Source: an uncultured Bacilli bacterium (GTDB lineage: Bacteria; Bacillota_I; Bacilli_A; ML615J-28; CAG-698). Taken from it: DNA of 64,000 nucleotides. The DNA is taken from positions 28,618 to 92,617 of the forward strand of contig CANQVC010000001.1 of assembly GCA_947627195.1 (NCBI GenBank). Reading direction: 5' to 3'. How positions within the stretch are numbered: position 1 is the stretch's first letter; each line of letters opens with the position of its first letter. Below the pieces are notes generated by a model that worked only from the letters and a program-made list of their open reading frames with translations, had not been told where the DNA came from and did no database searches. The translations under genes were made by a program, and so were the position numbers. Below are positions 49,665 through 58,913 of this stretch, piece by piece.

Positions 49665-50366
49665 ATGAAAAACATAAAATTATTTAGTTTCCTAAATAAA
49701 GTCTTTGCAGTAATTTTATATAGTTTTATTATCTTAGCTATTTTATTTTTATATGTTGTTATTAAATCAAAGAAAAATAATGATGTTGTAAGTATTATGA
49801 ATCATCAGATAAGAATAGTAACATCTGAATCAATGGAAAAAGGGAGCAAAGAAACAAATCAATATAAAATTAAATCTCTTCCTTTAAAAAGTATGATCAT
49901 AATTGAACAAGTAGATAATAACCATGAATATGAATGGTATCAATCATTAAAAGTAGGGGATGTATTAACATTTAAATATGTTTATATTAAACAAGAAACA
50001 ATTACCCATCGTATTATAAATATTCAAGAAGTTGATAATGGTTTTATCATTACATTACAAGGAGATAATCAAGATATTGAAAGTAATACATCTTCTCAAA
50101 CAATTGATACAAGAGATATTAATAGTCCTAATTACATAATTGGTAAAGTAGTTTATAAAAATGTTTTATTAGGAAAAATAATATATATTTTAAAACAACC
50201 AATTGGTATTGGATGTTTAATAATTCTACCTTCATTTATCATTATTATTTTAGAAATAATTAAAATAATTAATATTATAAATGAAAAGAAAAAGAAAGAA
50301 ACTGAAGAAGAAATTAACTTGTTAAAGAAGAGAATAGAGACTTTACAGAAAGGAGGAGAACAATGA
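49665..50366 (+). CDS. sipW: Signal peptidase I, SipW (ER/archaeal) type
   Basis: N-terminal TM. Catalytic-Ser motif VTSESMEK (compare SGSMEP). ITHRII (compare THRIV) and LQGDNQ are present. A C-terminal TM is present as in SipW. The start is either ATG 49665 or GTG 49650. Confidence 0.8.
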   Translation: MKNIKLFSFLNKVFAVILYSFIILAILFLYVVIKSKKNNDVVSIMNHQIRIVTSESMEKGSKETNQYKIKSLPLKSMIIIEQVDNNHEYEWYQSLKVGDVLTFKYVYIKQETITHRIINIQEVDNGFIITLQGDNQDIESNTSSQTIDTRDINSPNYIIGKVVYKNVLLGKIIYILKQPIGIGCLIILPSFIIIILEIIKIINIINEKKKKETEEEINLLKKRIETLQKGGEQ

Positions 50367-50983
50367 ATAAAAAAAGAGTCATCATAATATCATGTCTTAC
50401 CATTCTAGCTTGTTTAATGATAATTTGTGGAAGTACATTTGCCCTATTTACTAAAAATGTCACCACCACCCAACATTTACAAGCGGGACATCTCGACCTA
50501 ACATTACAACGTGAAAAATTAGTAACTAATAAATTACAAGAAAATGGCACAATGAAAGAAGAAACAAATAATCAATTAATTGATTTTACAAAAAGTACAA
50601 ATGAAAATCTATTTGGTATTAAAGAAATAGACAAAGTTGTACCTGGAAGTAGCTATGAAGCAACATTAATATTAAAAAATCTTGGTGATGTAGCCATTGA
50701 TTATTACATTGAAATTGTTATAAAAAATGGTGAAGAAACCGAATTAATTAAACAATTACAATTAACATTCATCGATATAAAAACTAATACTACTAAATCA
50801 AATTTATTATCTAATGGGTTACAAATGGGAAGTGAAACAGAAAGTATTGGTCAAGTATTAAAAAATGAAAGTACAAAATTTCAAGTTAAATTAATGTTTT
50901 TAAATCAAGAAAATGTTAATAATGATGCTTTTGATCAAGAAGTCGAATTTGATTTAATCGTTCATGCAACACAAAGTATTTAA
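50363..50983 (+). CDS. TasA/camelysin-like secreted protein with a SipW-type signal peptide
   Basis: CGSTFALFTKNVTTTQHLQAGHLDLTL matches the TasA-family signature (GTFAxFxD...AGTLDL). VPGSSYEATLILKN is present. The C-terminal strand is FDLIVHATQ. The start overlaps the sipW stop by 4 nt. Confidence 0.75.
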   Translation: MNKKRVIIISCLTILACLMIICGSTFALFTKNVTTTQHLQAGHLDLTLQREKLVTNKLQENGTMKEETNNQLIDFTKSTNENLFGIKEIDKVVPGSSYEATLILKNLGDVAIDYYIEIVIKNGEETELIKQLQLTFIDIKTNTTKSNLLSNGLQMGSETESIGQVLKNESTKFQVKLMFLNQENVNNDAFDQEVEFDLIVHATQSI

Positions 50984-50996
50984 AAAGGAGAAGAGA

Positions 50997-53900
50997 ATGA
51001 AAAATACTAAAAAAATATTAACAGGAGCAATGTTAATCATTTTATTATGTTTAAGTATCATAGTAGGTTCAACATTTGCTTTATTTACAAGTGAAAGTAA
51101 AAACAACATCGCAATTACTTCAGGTAAAGTTGATGTTGTTAGTAATCTTTCTAATCTAAAAACATATACAAATAATGAATTACAAAGTGATGGTACTTTT
51201 GCTTTAGGAGGAAGTGCTAAAATAATTGATGGAAGTTTAGAACTTAATCATATAGCTCCAATGGATAAAGCTGAATTTGATATTGAATTACAAAATAATA
51301 GTACAATATCAATTCGTTATCAATTACAATTGATAGCTAATGATGAATTATCTAAACAATTATTTAATTCATTAAATATCAAAGCATCAATTAAAAATAA
51401 TGATTTAGAATTAATTAAAAATGGTTTAACAATCGTTTCTAAATGGTCAGATACTAAATTAAAAGAAACTAAATTAGATTCAATTCATTTAAGTATTGAA
51501 TTACCAATTGAAGTAACAAATGAATTAGAAGAACAATCTTGTTCATTAACAATCGTTATTTATGCTGTTCAAGCTAATGCTCATGTTGAAGAACCAGTAA
51601 AACAAGAAGATAATAATGAAGTATATTTATATAATGCAAGTGATTTAAAAGAATTTAGAGATTCAATTAATATTGACGGTACATCATATAAAGGAAAAAC
51701 AGTTTATTTAATGAATGACATTAATTTAAATAATGAAGAATGGGAACCAATTGGTATCAATGGTATTAATGAAAATCATTTTGATGGAACCTTTGATGGT
51801 AAATCATTTACAATTTCTAATTTAAATGTAACAAGAACAAATGAACTTTATGGTGGATTATTTGGTTCAACTCAAAATGGTAAATTCAAAAACATTAATT
51901 TTATAGGTGCTGAAATTACTTCTAAATATTATGCAGGAGTATTAGGTGGTAATTTATATACATCTAGTATTGATAATGTTCATGTGGAAAAAGCAACAAT
52001 TCATACATCACACTGGTTAGGAGGAATTGTTGGAAGTATATATGGTAATATAACAAATTCATCAGTAAAAGATATCATAGGTATATGTACACCAGATAAA
52101 GCAGATGGTAGAAGTTACGATAATGGTGATAAAGTCGGTGGAATTGTTGGACAATTACAAGATAGTGGTCAATATCATATCGATAACTGTGTTGTTGAAA
52201 ACGTTGAGTTGACAGCATATCGTGATTTAGGTGGTTTAGCAGGTTGTGGAACTGGATCAGCAAAATTTTACCAAAACAATATTCTTAAAAATGTCACATT
52301 AACAATTGATCGTACAAATTATTATGGTGATAAAGATTATAATGTTAATTCTATCGTAGGAAGAAGTGATAATCCTAATCATGACACATTTAAAAATAAT
52401 GAAGAAGATGTAAATATTAAATATGTAAATTGTCGCTTCATGAAAACATCAGATGGTAATTATGTAGTAACAACTCCTAAATCATTTGTTGAATTTGCTA
52501 CTCAAGTTAATACAGGTAAAGATTTTGTCAAAGAAACAGTTGTTTTATTAAGTGATATAGATCTAACAGGAATTGATTGGACACCAATTGGTTATAATAA
52601 TAAACATTTCCATGGAACCTTTGATGGTATGAATCATATTATTAGTAATTTAAATATAAACAAAGAAACAGGAAGTATTGGTTTATTTGGTAGTGTCTAT
52701 AGTGGTGGAGATGGACCAAGAGTAACAATTAAAAACTTTACAGTGGAAAATGTAACTGTTAAAGGTGGAAAAAATAAAACAGATTATGTAGGTAGTGTTG
52801 TAGGTATTGCAACCCCATTAACAATTGAAAATGTCAATTTAAAAGGTTTAGTTAAAATTGATTCCCAAAATGGCTGGGCAGGAGGACTTGTTGGATATTG
52901 TCAAACAACAACATTCAATAATTGTCATATTGATGTTACAAATGAATCATATGTTAAAACAATATCAGCAACTAATACAGGTGGTATAACAAGTTTTGGT
53001 GATTATAACGTTTCATTTAATCATATCACAACTAATTTAAATGTTATAGGTGTAAGTAATGTTGGTGGTATTTTAGGTGCTGAAGGTGGAGATAATCCAA
53101 ATACTAAATTTACAGATTGTCATGTAAATAGTAATATTACAGGTGATAGTGGTTGGATTGGCGGCATTACTGGTAGAGTAATGAAAAATACAACCCTTGA
53201 AAATGTGACTTTTAATGGAAAATTATCTAATACAAAATTAAGTTTATTAACAAAGAGTTATTCAGGACTATTTGGTAATGTTTATAATGGTACACCAACT
53301 ATTTTATCATCAAATGCAAATACAAGTTATGATGGTAATATGAAAATATTAACAGAATATAATGAAAGTGGAAAAGCAACAACAACATATGAAATTTATA
53401 CACCTAAAGGATTAGTTGATTTAGGTGAAGCAATTAATAAAGGATATATTGTTAAAGGCGAAGGAAGATCAATCATGATTTTCTTAAAAGAAGATCTTGA
53501 TATGACCGAAATAAAAGAATTTAGTCCAATTAATGGTCAATGGATTAGTTTTAATGGTGAATATCATACAATATCAAATATCAATTTGGGTAAAGATTCA
53601 ACAGGTAAAAGTGGTTTATTTGGTTATGCAGGAGCGTTAGAATTACAAAATCTAACTTTAGAAAATGTGACAGCAAAAGGAAGTCAAGTAGGAACATTTG
53701 CTGCTCATACATTAGAAATAGGTAGTGGATTTATTAAAAATGTTACATTAAAAGGAAATGTAACATTAGATTATGAAAAATCAAATGAAGAATATGGCTC
53801 TGTTGGTGTATTTGTTGGTGTATATAGTCCAAATGATGGTGTATATAATAATCTAATAATTGATAAAGATTGTAAAGTAACAATTAATTTAAATGGCATA

Positions 53901-54731
53901 ATTACTAAATTAGTTAATAAAACAGATTATTATTTATTAGGTATGGGAACTACAGAAGAAAAACCATTAAATTATGTTATAACAAATGAAGTTAAAGATA
54001 ATACTAATATAACTATTTTAAATGAAGTATATGTAAATGAAGGAACTTCATTAGATGAAATTATTTTTACTGATGGTGTAACATATTATTTTTCTGAAGG
54101 AACATTTAGTCCAACATCTAATGAACAATTAAACATTCGTAGTAATAATATTACTTTAATTGGTCAAGGAACATCTAAAACAATAATTGATACTAAAGAA
54201 TTCTCATGTGCAGACCAAGCAGGAGTATTATTTGGTGGTAATAATGTAACAATAAAAAATATGACATTTAAAACAACATCTCAAAATAATAATGTATCAG
54301 CAATTAAGTTTTCCGCAATCGACCACGCTGAAGAAATAGTTCAAGAAGGATATTTAGAAAATGTTAATGTTATTGGTAGTTTAGGACATGGCATTAATTT
54401 ACATGGTGTAAAAAATTTCACATTAAAAAATATTGAAATAAGTGGATATCATAAATGTGGAATATCCCTAGCCAAAGCAGAAAATGTCCATTTAACATCA
54501 ATTAAAACATTAGAAACAACCCAAGGTTGGGGTGATATTGGCATGATGTATAAAGATGATGAAGGTGTATCTTACAATGCTCCATGTAGCGTAATAATTG
54601 ATGGAACAAATTCATTTGGCAAAAATGCTGCATATTCTGAAAGAAAAGATACTGCAACAGGAGGATTAGATACATTAAATGGTAAAACTGGTACTAAAGG
54701 ATTATTATATTATACATGGGATTTAAATTAG
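50997..54731 (+). CDS. 1244-aa fusion protein: SipW-type signal and TasA-like N-module, three GLUG-type modules, C-terminal right-handed beta-helix-like domain
   Basis: RBS AAGGAG, ATG at 50997 (the ORF-track start 50964 is unlikely). VGSTFALFTSESKNNIAITSGKVDV...LTIVIYAVQAN is the TasA-like module. Three repeats follow of ...W(E/T)PIG....F.GTFDG....ISNLN(V/I).....GLFG. The C-terminus has NITLIGQG...VTIKNMTF...NLHGVKNFTLKNIEISG. Confidence 0.8.
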   Translation: MKNTKKILTGAMLIILLCLSIIVGSTFALFTSESKNNIAITSGKVDVVSNLSNLKTYTNNELQSDGTFALGGSAKIIDGSLELNHIAPMDKAEFDIELQNNSTISIRYQLQLIANDELSKQLFNSLNIKASIKNNDLELIKNGLTIVSKWSDTKLKETKLDSIHLSIELPIEVTNELEEQSCSLTIVIYAVQANAHVEEPVKQEDNNEVYLYNASDLKEFRDSINIDGTSYKGKTVYLMNDINLNNEEWEPIGINGINENHFDGTFDGKSFTISNLNVTRTNELYGGLFGSTQNGKFKNINFIGAEITSKYYAGVLGGNLYTSSIDNVHVEKATIHTSHWLGGIVGSIYGNITNSSVKDIIGICTPDKADGRSYDNGDKVGGIVGQLQDSGQYHIDNCVVENVELTAYRDLGGLAGCGTGSAKFYQNNILKNVTLTIDRTNYYGDKDYNVNSIVGRSDNPNHDTFKNNEEDVNIKYVNCRFMKTSDGNYVVTTPKSFVEFATQVNTGKDFVKETVVLLSDIDLTGIDWTPIGYNNKHFHGTFDGMNHIISNLNINKETGSIGLFGSVYSGGDGPRVTIKNFTVENVTVKGGKNKTDYVGSVVGIATPLTIENVNLKGLVKIDSQNGWAGGLVGYCQTTTFNNCHIDVTNESYVKTISATNTGGITSFGDYNVSFNHITTNLNVIGVSNVGGILGAEGGDNPNTKFTDCHVNSNITGDSGWIGGITGRVMKNTTLENVTFNGKLSNTKLSLLTKSYSGLFGNVYNGTPTILSSNANTSYDGNMKILTEYNESGKATTTYEIYTPKGLVDLGEAINKGYIVKGEGRSIMIFLKEDLDMTEIKEFSPINGQWISFNGEYHTISNINLGKDSTGKSGLFGYAGALELQNLTLENVTAKGSQVGTFAAHTLEIGSGFIKNVTLKGNVTLDYEKSNEEYGSVGVFVGVYSPNDGVYNNLIIDKDCKVTINLNGIITKLVNKTDYYLLGMGTTEEKPLNYVITNEVKDNTNITILNEVYVNEGTSLDEIIFTDGVTYYFSEGTFSPTSNEQLNIRSNNITLIGQGTSKTIIDTKEFSCADQAGVLFGGNNVTIKNMTFKTTSQNNNVSAIKFSAIDHAEEIVQEGYLENVNVIGSLGHGINLHGVKNFTLKNIEISGYHKCGISLAKAENVHLTSIKTLETTQGWGDIGMMYKDDEGVSYNAPCSVIIDGTNSFGKNAAYSERKDTATGGLDTLNGKTGTKGLLYYTWDLN

Positions 54732-54752
54732 AACAAATATAGTGAAGATAAA

Positions 54753-55247
54753 ATGAAAAAAGCATTACATATATGTTTATTTATTTCTATTTTTATCATC
54801 TTTTTATGTCAAGGAATTATTATTTATAATATAGTAACAAATAAAAACAATTATATTGATTTAAGTAATGTTGATACTTTATCATCAAATGTTATCTTAA
54901 ATAATAAAGCAAAAAATAATTTAAAAGTTGATATAAATGGTATTAATCCAGGAGATAACAAAGAATATATTATTTATATTAATACAAAAAATAAAACAAA
55001 TAACATTAACTTTAATATATTAAAACAAGAAGATAATATTATATATAATTTTATAACAATTACCATTAAAACAAATCAAGAAACATTTAAAATTCCCGGA
55101 AATGAAATAAACAAAAAATATTCATTATCTTTTAATCAACAAGAAAAAACTCCCATTACCATTTGCTTTTCTTTATCAAAAGATGCGGGAAATGAAATTA
55201 GTTTATCCCAAGCAACTATTTTAATGGAAGTAAACATAAATAATTAA
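54753..55247 (+). CDS. Small N-terminally anchored or secreted beta-rich protein (164 aa), possibly a distant TasA-like module
   Basis: N-terminal hydrophobic segment. INPGDNKEYIIYI resembles the VPGSxYxxxLxL strand of the neighbouring TasA-like proteins. It lacks the GxTFAxF motif. Confidence 0.55.
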   Translation: MKKALHICLFISIFIIFLCQGIIIYNIVTNKNNYIDLSNVDTLSSNVILNNKAKNNLKVDINGINPGDNKEYIIYINTKNKTNNINFNILKQEDNIIYNFITITIKTNQETFKIPGNEINKKYSLSFNQQEKTPITICFSLSKDAGNEISLSQATILMEVNINN

Positions 55248-55261
55248 ATGAGGAGGAATAA

Positions 55262-55894
55262 ATGAATAGTCTCATCATTATTATCATGATAATTGTAATT
55301 ATAATGACTATATTTTCCCTTATTATTGTTATTCGTGATTTAATCTTAGATAATAAAGAAAGAAAAAAAATAATTATTGAAGTTAAAAAAGATCAACAAA
55401 TAATTGAAGAAAATAAACAAAACATAAAATTAGATAATTTAACAACAGAAAAAACTATTAATGAAAATAATATAAAAACATTTCTAGCTTTACCTAAATT
55501 AACTCACTTAGAAAAATATATGTTACTAAATGAAGAAAAGAAATCATGGTATGATGAAATAATTAATTATGCTAAAGAAAAAGAAAATGTGAAACATCGT
55601 TTGACAGAAAATTATGAAGATGTCAAATTATATAGCAAAAGAGTCATTAGAATGGTTATCAAAAGAGAAGAAATAATATGTGAATTTATTTTAGGTAATA
55701 ATCGCTTTAATGATTATATGAAACAAAAAAATTTGAATGTGAAAATATTACCAACACAACTAAAAATTGATTCAATTGAAGCAAAAGATGCTGCTAAAGA
55801 AAGTATCGATTTAACAATCCATTCTATAATGGAAGAAAGAAATTTAAAAAAAGAATTAAAGAAAAAAGGCAAAATACATGAAGAAAAGAACTAA
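55262..55894 (+). CDS. Single-pass membrane protein with a K/E-rich predicted cytoplasmic domain (210 aa)
   Basis: RBS GAGGAGGA. The N-terminal TM is followed by a positive cluster (RDLILDNKERKK). No motif was recognised. Confidence 0.6.
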   Translation: MNSLIIIIMIIVIIMTIFSLIIVIRDLILDNKERKKIIIEVKKDQQIIEENKQNIKLDNLTTEKTINENNIKTFLALPKLTHLEKYMLLNEEKKSWYDEIINYAKEKENVKHRLTENYEDVKLYSKRVIRMVIKREEIICEFILGNNRFNDYMKQKNLNVKILPTQLKIDSIEAKDAAKESIDLTIHSIMEERNLKKELKKKGKIHEEKN

Positions 55895-56492
55895 AATAAT
55901 ATTTTTGTGTCTAATAATTTTAATGTTATCTTCAATTATTTTAGTAGGAATAACATATTCTGTTTATTTACAAAATAAAAAAATTATTAATCATTTACAA
56001 GCAGGAGAATTAAATATATCATTACAAAGAATTAAATTAGAATATAAATCATTAAATGAAAAAGGATATTTAGAAGATAATATAGATGAAACAATAGTTG
56101 ATTTCACAAAAGGAAATAAAGAAAATATATTTGGCAGTAAATTTATCATAGTACCAGGCTCTAAATATTCATCAACAATGTTATTATCAAGTTTAAATAG
56201 TACAGTGGCATTTAATTATTACATCGAAATAAAAACTAAAGAAGATTTACCTTCATTAGCAAGTCAAATAATAATAACATATATAGAAGATAACAAAGAA
56301 ATTAAATTTAATATGAATGAAAATAATAATTTTGGTAGTATTGACAATCCTTTAGGAATAGTAGAAGTAGGTAATAATAAAACATTCATTATGCAAATTG
56401 AATTTATTGATCAAGATAACAATAATTTATCAATGAAAAATATTTTTGATTTTGATATAATTGTTCATGCAATTCAAAAAATAAATAATTAA
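55878..56492 (+). CDS. TasA-like protein, paralog of 50363-50983, with a divergent signal/cleavage motif
   Basis: It shares HLQAGxLxxxLQRxKL, DFTKxxxENxFG, VPGSxY, YYIEI and FDxIVHAxQ with the first paralog. VGITYSVYL replaces GSTFALFT. It overlaps the upstream ORF by 17 nt. Confidence 0.7.
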   Translation: MKKRTKIIFLCLIILMLSSIILVGITYSVYLQNKKIINHLQAGELNISLQRIKLEYKSLNEKGYLEDNIDETIVDFTKGNKENIFGSKFIIVPGSKYSSTMLLSSLNSTVAFNYYIEIKTKEDLPSLASQIIITYIEDNKEIKFNMNENNNFGSIDNPLGIVEVGNNKTFIMQIEFIDQDNNNLSMKNIFDFDIIVHAIQKINN

Positions 56493-56497
56493 TATTT

Positions 56498-56540
56498 TAA
56501 ACGGTTTGATTTATCAAAGCTTGATTTATCAAGCCGTTTA
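56498..56540 (+). terminator. Operon-end hairpin (taaacgg...ccgttta) enclosing a direct repeat ttgatttatcaa x2
   Basis: Read directly from the sequence. The following T-tract is weak (aatttatt). Confidence 0.45.
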
Positions 56541-56660
56541 ATTTATTCATATTAAGATTTAATTAAAATCTCATTTTTTAAATTTCATTTACCTATTTAC
56601 TTTTTTATCAATTTGTGATAATATATTAGTTATACAATAGACAGATAGAAGGTAAGAAAT

Positions 56661-57503
56661 ATGTCAATTAAATTAGTTGTTGATACAACATGTGATATTC
56701 TTCCTAATGAAGCAACGGAAGATTTCATAGAAGTAATGCCTTTAAAAATATTTATCGATGGTGAAGAATATTTAGATGGTGTTACTATAACAAGAGAAGA
56801 ATTTTTTGAAAAACTACCAAAAGCTAAAAATTTACCTAAAACAGTACAAATAAATCCAGTTCAATTCGAAGAAAAATTTAAGGAAATACTAGATCAAGGT
56901 GATGAAGTTTTAGGTATTTTTTTATCTAGTAAATTATCAGGTACATACAATTCAGCACGTATTGCGAAAGATGAAATTAATAGTGAACATATTGAAATTA
57001 TAGATTCTACATTCACTATTATGCCATTTAGATTACTTGTTGAAGAAGCTGTCCATCTAATCAAACAAGGATTACCATTAAAAGAAATAAAACAAAAATT
57101 AGAAATTGCTAAAACTAAAATTGTAATGTTAGCATTTGTTAGTGATTTAAATTATTTAAGAAGAGGTGGAAGATTATCAACAGCTGCCTTTACAATTGCT
57201 AATGTTTTACATATTAAACCGATTCTTACTATGAAAGATGGAGAAATCATTGGTTGTGCTAAAGCTATTGGTATAAATAAAGCTGCTAAAACAATTTGTA
57301 AAATGTTAAATGAAGATTATGATGTTGATTATGATCGTGATTCAGTAATTGCTGATGCAGCAGGGAAAGCTGAAAAAGAAATATTAAGCAATTGCTTAAC
57401 ACAATTAACTAAACTAAGACCAAATATTCATGAAGAAATAGGAGGTACAACAGGTACATATACAGGACCTGGTTGTGCAGCTATTGCATTTTTTATAAAA
57501 TAA
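56661..57503 (+). CDS. DegV-family fatty-acid-binding protein
   Basis: IKLVVDTTCDI...INPVQF...LSSKLSGTYNSA is a typical DegV pattern. Length is 280 aa. Confidence 0.85.
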   Translation: MSIKLVVDTTCDILPNEATEDFIEVMPLKIFIDGEEYLDGVTITREEFFEKLPKAKNLPKTVQINPVQFEEKFKEILDQGDEVLGIFLSSKLSGTYNSARIAKDEINSEHIEIIDSTFTIMPFRLLVEEAVHLIKQGLPLKEIKQKLEIAKTKIVMLAFVSDLNYLRRGGRLSTAAFTIANVLHIKPILTMKDGEIIGCAKAIGINKAAKTICKMLNEDYDVDYDRDSVIADAAGKAEKEILSNCLTQLTKLRPNIHEEIGGTTGTYTGPGCAAIAFFIK

Positions 57504-57548
57504 TAAATTGAAAGGCTTAAAACTTCGTTTTGTAATAATAAATGTAAT

Positions 57549-58904
57549 ATGAAAATAATTATTGTGGGAATAGGAAAAGTAGGTAGTACATTGGTTCAAC
57601 AATTATCCAAAGAAGATCATGATGTAACTATTATTGATACAGATCCTAATGTAGTAAATGATATAGTTGCATCTTATGATGTTTTAGGTGTTGTTGGAAA
57701 TGGAGCAAATTTTGATACACAGTTACGAGCTGAAGTTAATAAAGCTGAATTATTTATTGCTGTGACATCTAGTGACGAACTTAATATTTTAAGTTGTTTA
57801 GTAGCTCAGAGAATGAAAAAAATTAAAACAGTAGCTCGTGTTAGAGATCCTGATTATTCAAAACAAATTGATTTCCTAACAAATGAACTTGATATTAATT
57901 TTATTATAAATCCTGAATATGAAGCAGCTGAAGCCATTACAAAAATAATTAAATATCCCTCAACTTTAAAAGTAGATTCATTTTCTAATCGTAAAGTTGA
58001 ACTTGTTGAACTTAAAATGCCTGCTAATTCTGAATGGATTGGAAAACAATTGTCATCACTTCCTAAAAAAGATCGTGATAAAATATTGATTTGTACAGTT
58101 GAAAGAAATAAAGAAATTATCATTCCCCGTGGTAATTATACATTTGCTGCTGATGATAAACTTTATGTCATATTAGATAAAAACAATATGGAAAGAACAT
58201 TTAAATTTTTAAGTGTTCAAAAAGGAAAAGTACGCAACTGTATGATAGTTGGTGGTGGTAAAATTACTTTTTATTTAGTTAAAAATCTATTAGATTTAGG
58301 AATTAAAGTTAAAGTAATCGAATCAAGTCCAGAAAGATGTGCTGAATTAAGTGAAATATATCCTGATATATTAGTTATTTGTGCTGATGGATCTGATCAA
58401 GCTTTATTATTAGAAGAAGGATTAGAAACAGTTGATGCCATTGTCTCATTAACAGGAATGGATGAAGAAAATATCATCATTTCCATGTTTGCTAATAGTT
58501 TACATGTCGATAAAGTAATAACAAAAATAAATCGTCATCAATTCATTGATATATTTGAAAAAGTAGGAATTGAAAGTATTATTTCTCCTAAGTTTTTAAC
58601 ATCAAATCAAATATTACGTTATGTACGTAATTTACAAGTGAATGATGAAGCTGAAGTTAAAACACTACATAAAATTGCCAATAATCGTGTAGAAGCTGTG
58701 GAATTCATTGTTAATGATGATGAAGAATTAATTAATATTTCATTAAAAGATTTAAAATTAAAATCTAATTTATTAGTTGCTACAATCATTCGTGATGGGA
58801 AAGTTATTATTCCAACTGGAGATGACCAAATATATATTAATGACACAGTAATAATTTTTTCTTATGAAAATACAATTACTAGTTTACATGATATATTATT
58901 ATAA
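57549..58904 (+). CDS. trkA: Trk potassium uptake system, NAD-binding subunit TrkA (tandem RCK)
   Basis: MKIIIVGIGKVGSTL is a Rossmann fold. A second one reads CMIVGGGKITFYL. Length is 451 aa. Confidence 0.88.
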   Translation: MKIIIVGIGKVGSTLVQQLSKEDHDVTIIDTDPNVVNDIVASYDVLGVVGNGANFDTQLRAEVNKAELFIAVTSSDELNILSCLVAQRMKKIKTVARVRDPDYSKQIDFLTNELDINFIINPEYEAAEAITKIIKYPSTLKVDSFSNRKVELVELKMPANSEWIGKQLSSLPKKDRDKILICTVERNKEIIIPRGNYTFAADDKLYVILDKNNMERTFKFLSVQKGKVRNCMIVGGGKITFYLVKNLLDLGIKVKVIESSPERCAELSEIYPDILVICADGSDQALLLEEGLETVDAIVSLTGMDEENIIISMFANSLHVDKVITKINRHQFIDIFEKVGIESIISPKFLTSNQILRYVRNLQVNDEAEVKTLHKIANNRVEAVEFIVNDDEELINISLKDLKLKSNLLVATIIRDGKVIIPTGDDQIYINDTVIIFSYENTITSLHDILL

Positions 58905-58913
58905 AGGTGTATT

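Noticed and set aside
47828-50996. ORF-track upstream starts at 47828, 48750 and 50964.
   Set aside because: Each extension overlaps the preceding gene. Downstream ATGs (47885, 48777, 50997) with an RBS or stop-start coupling give the family-typical N-termini.
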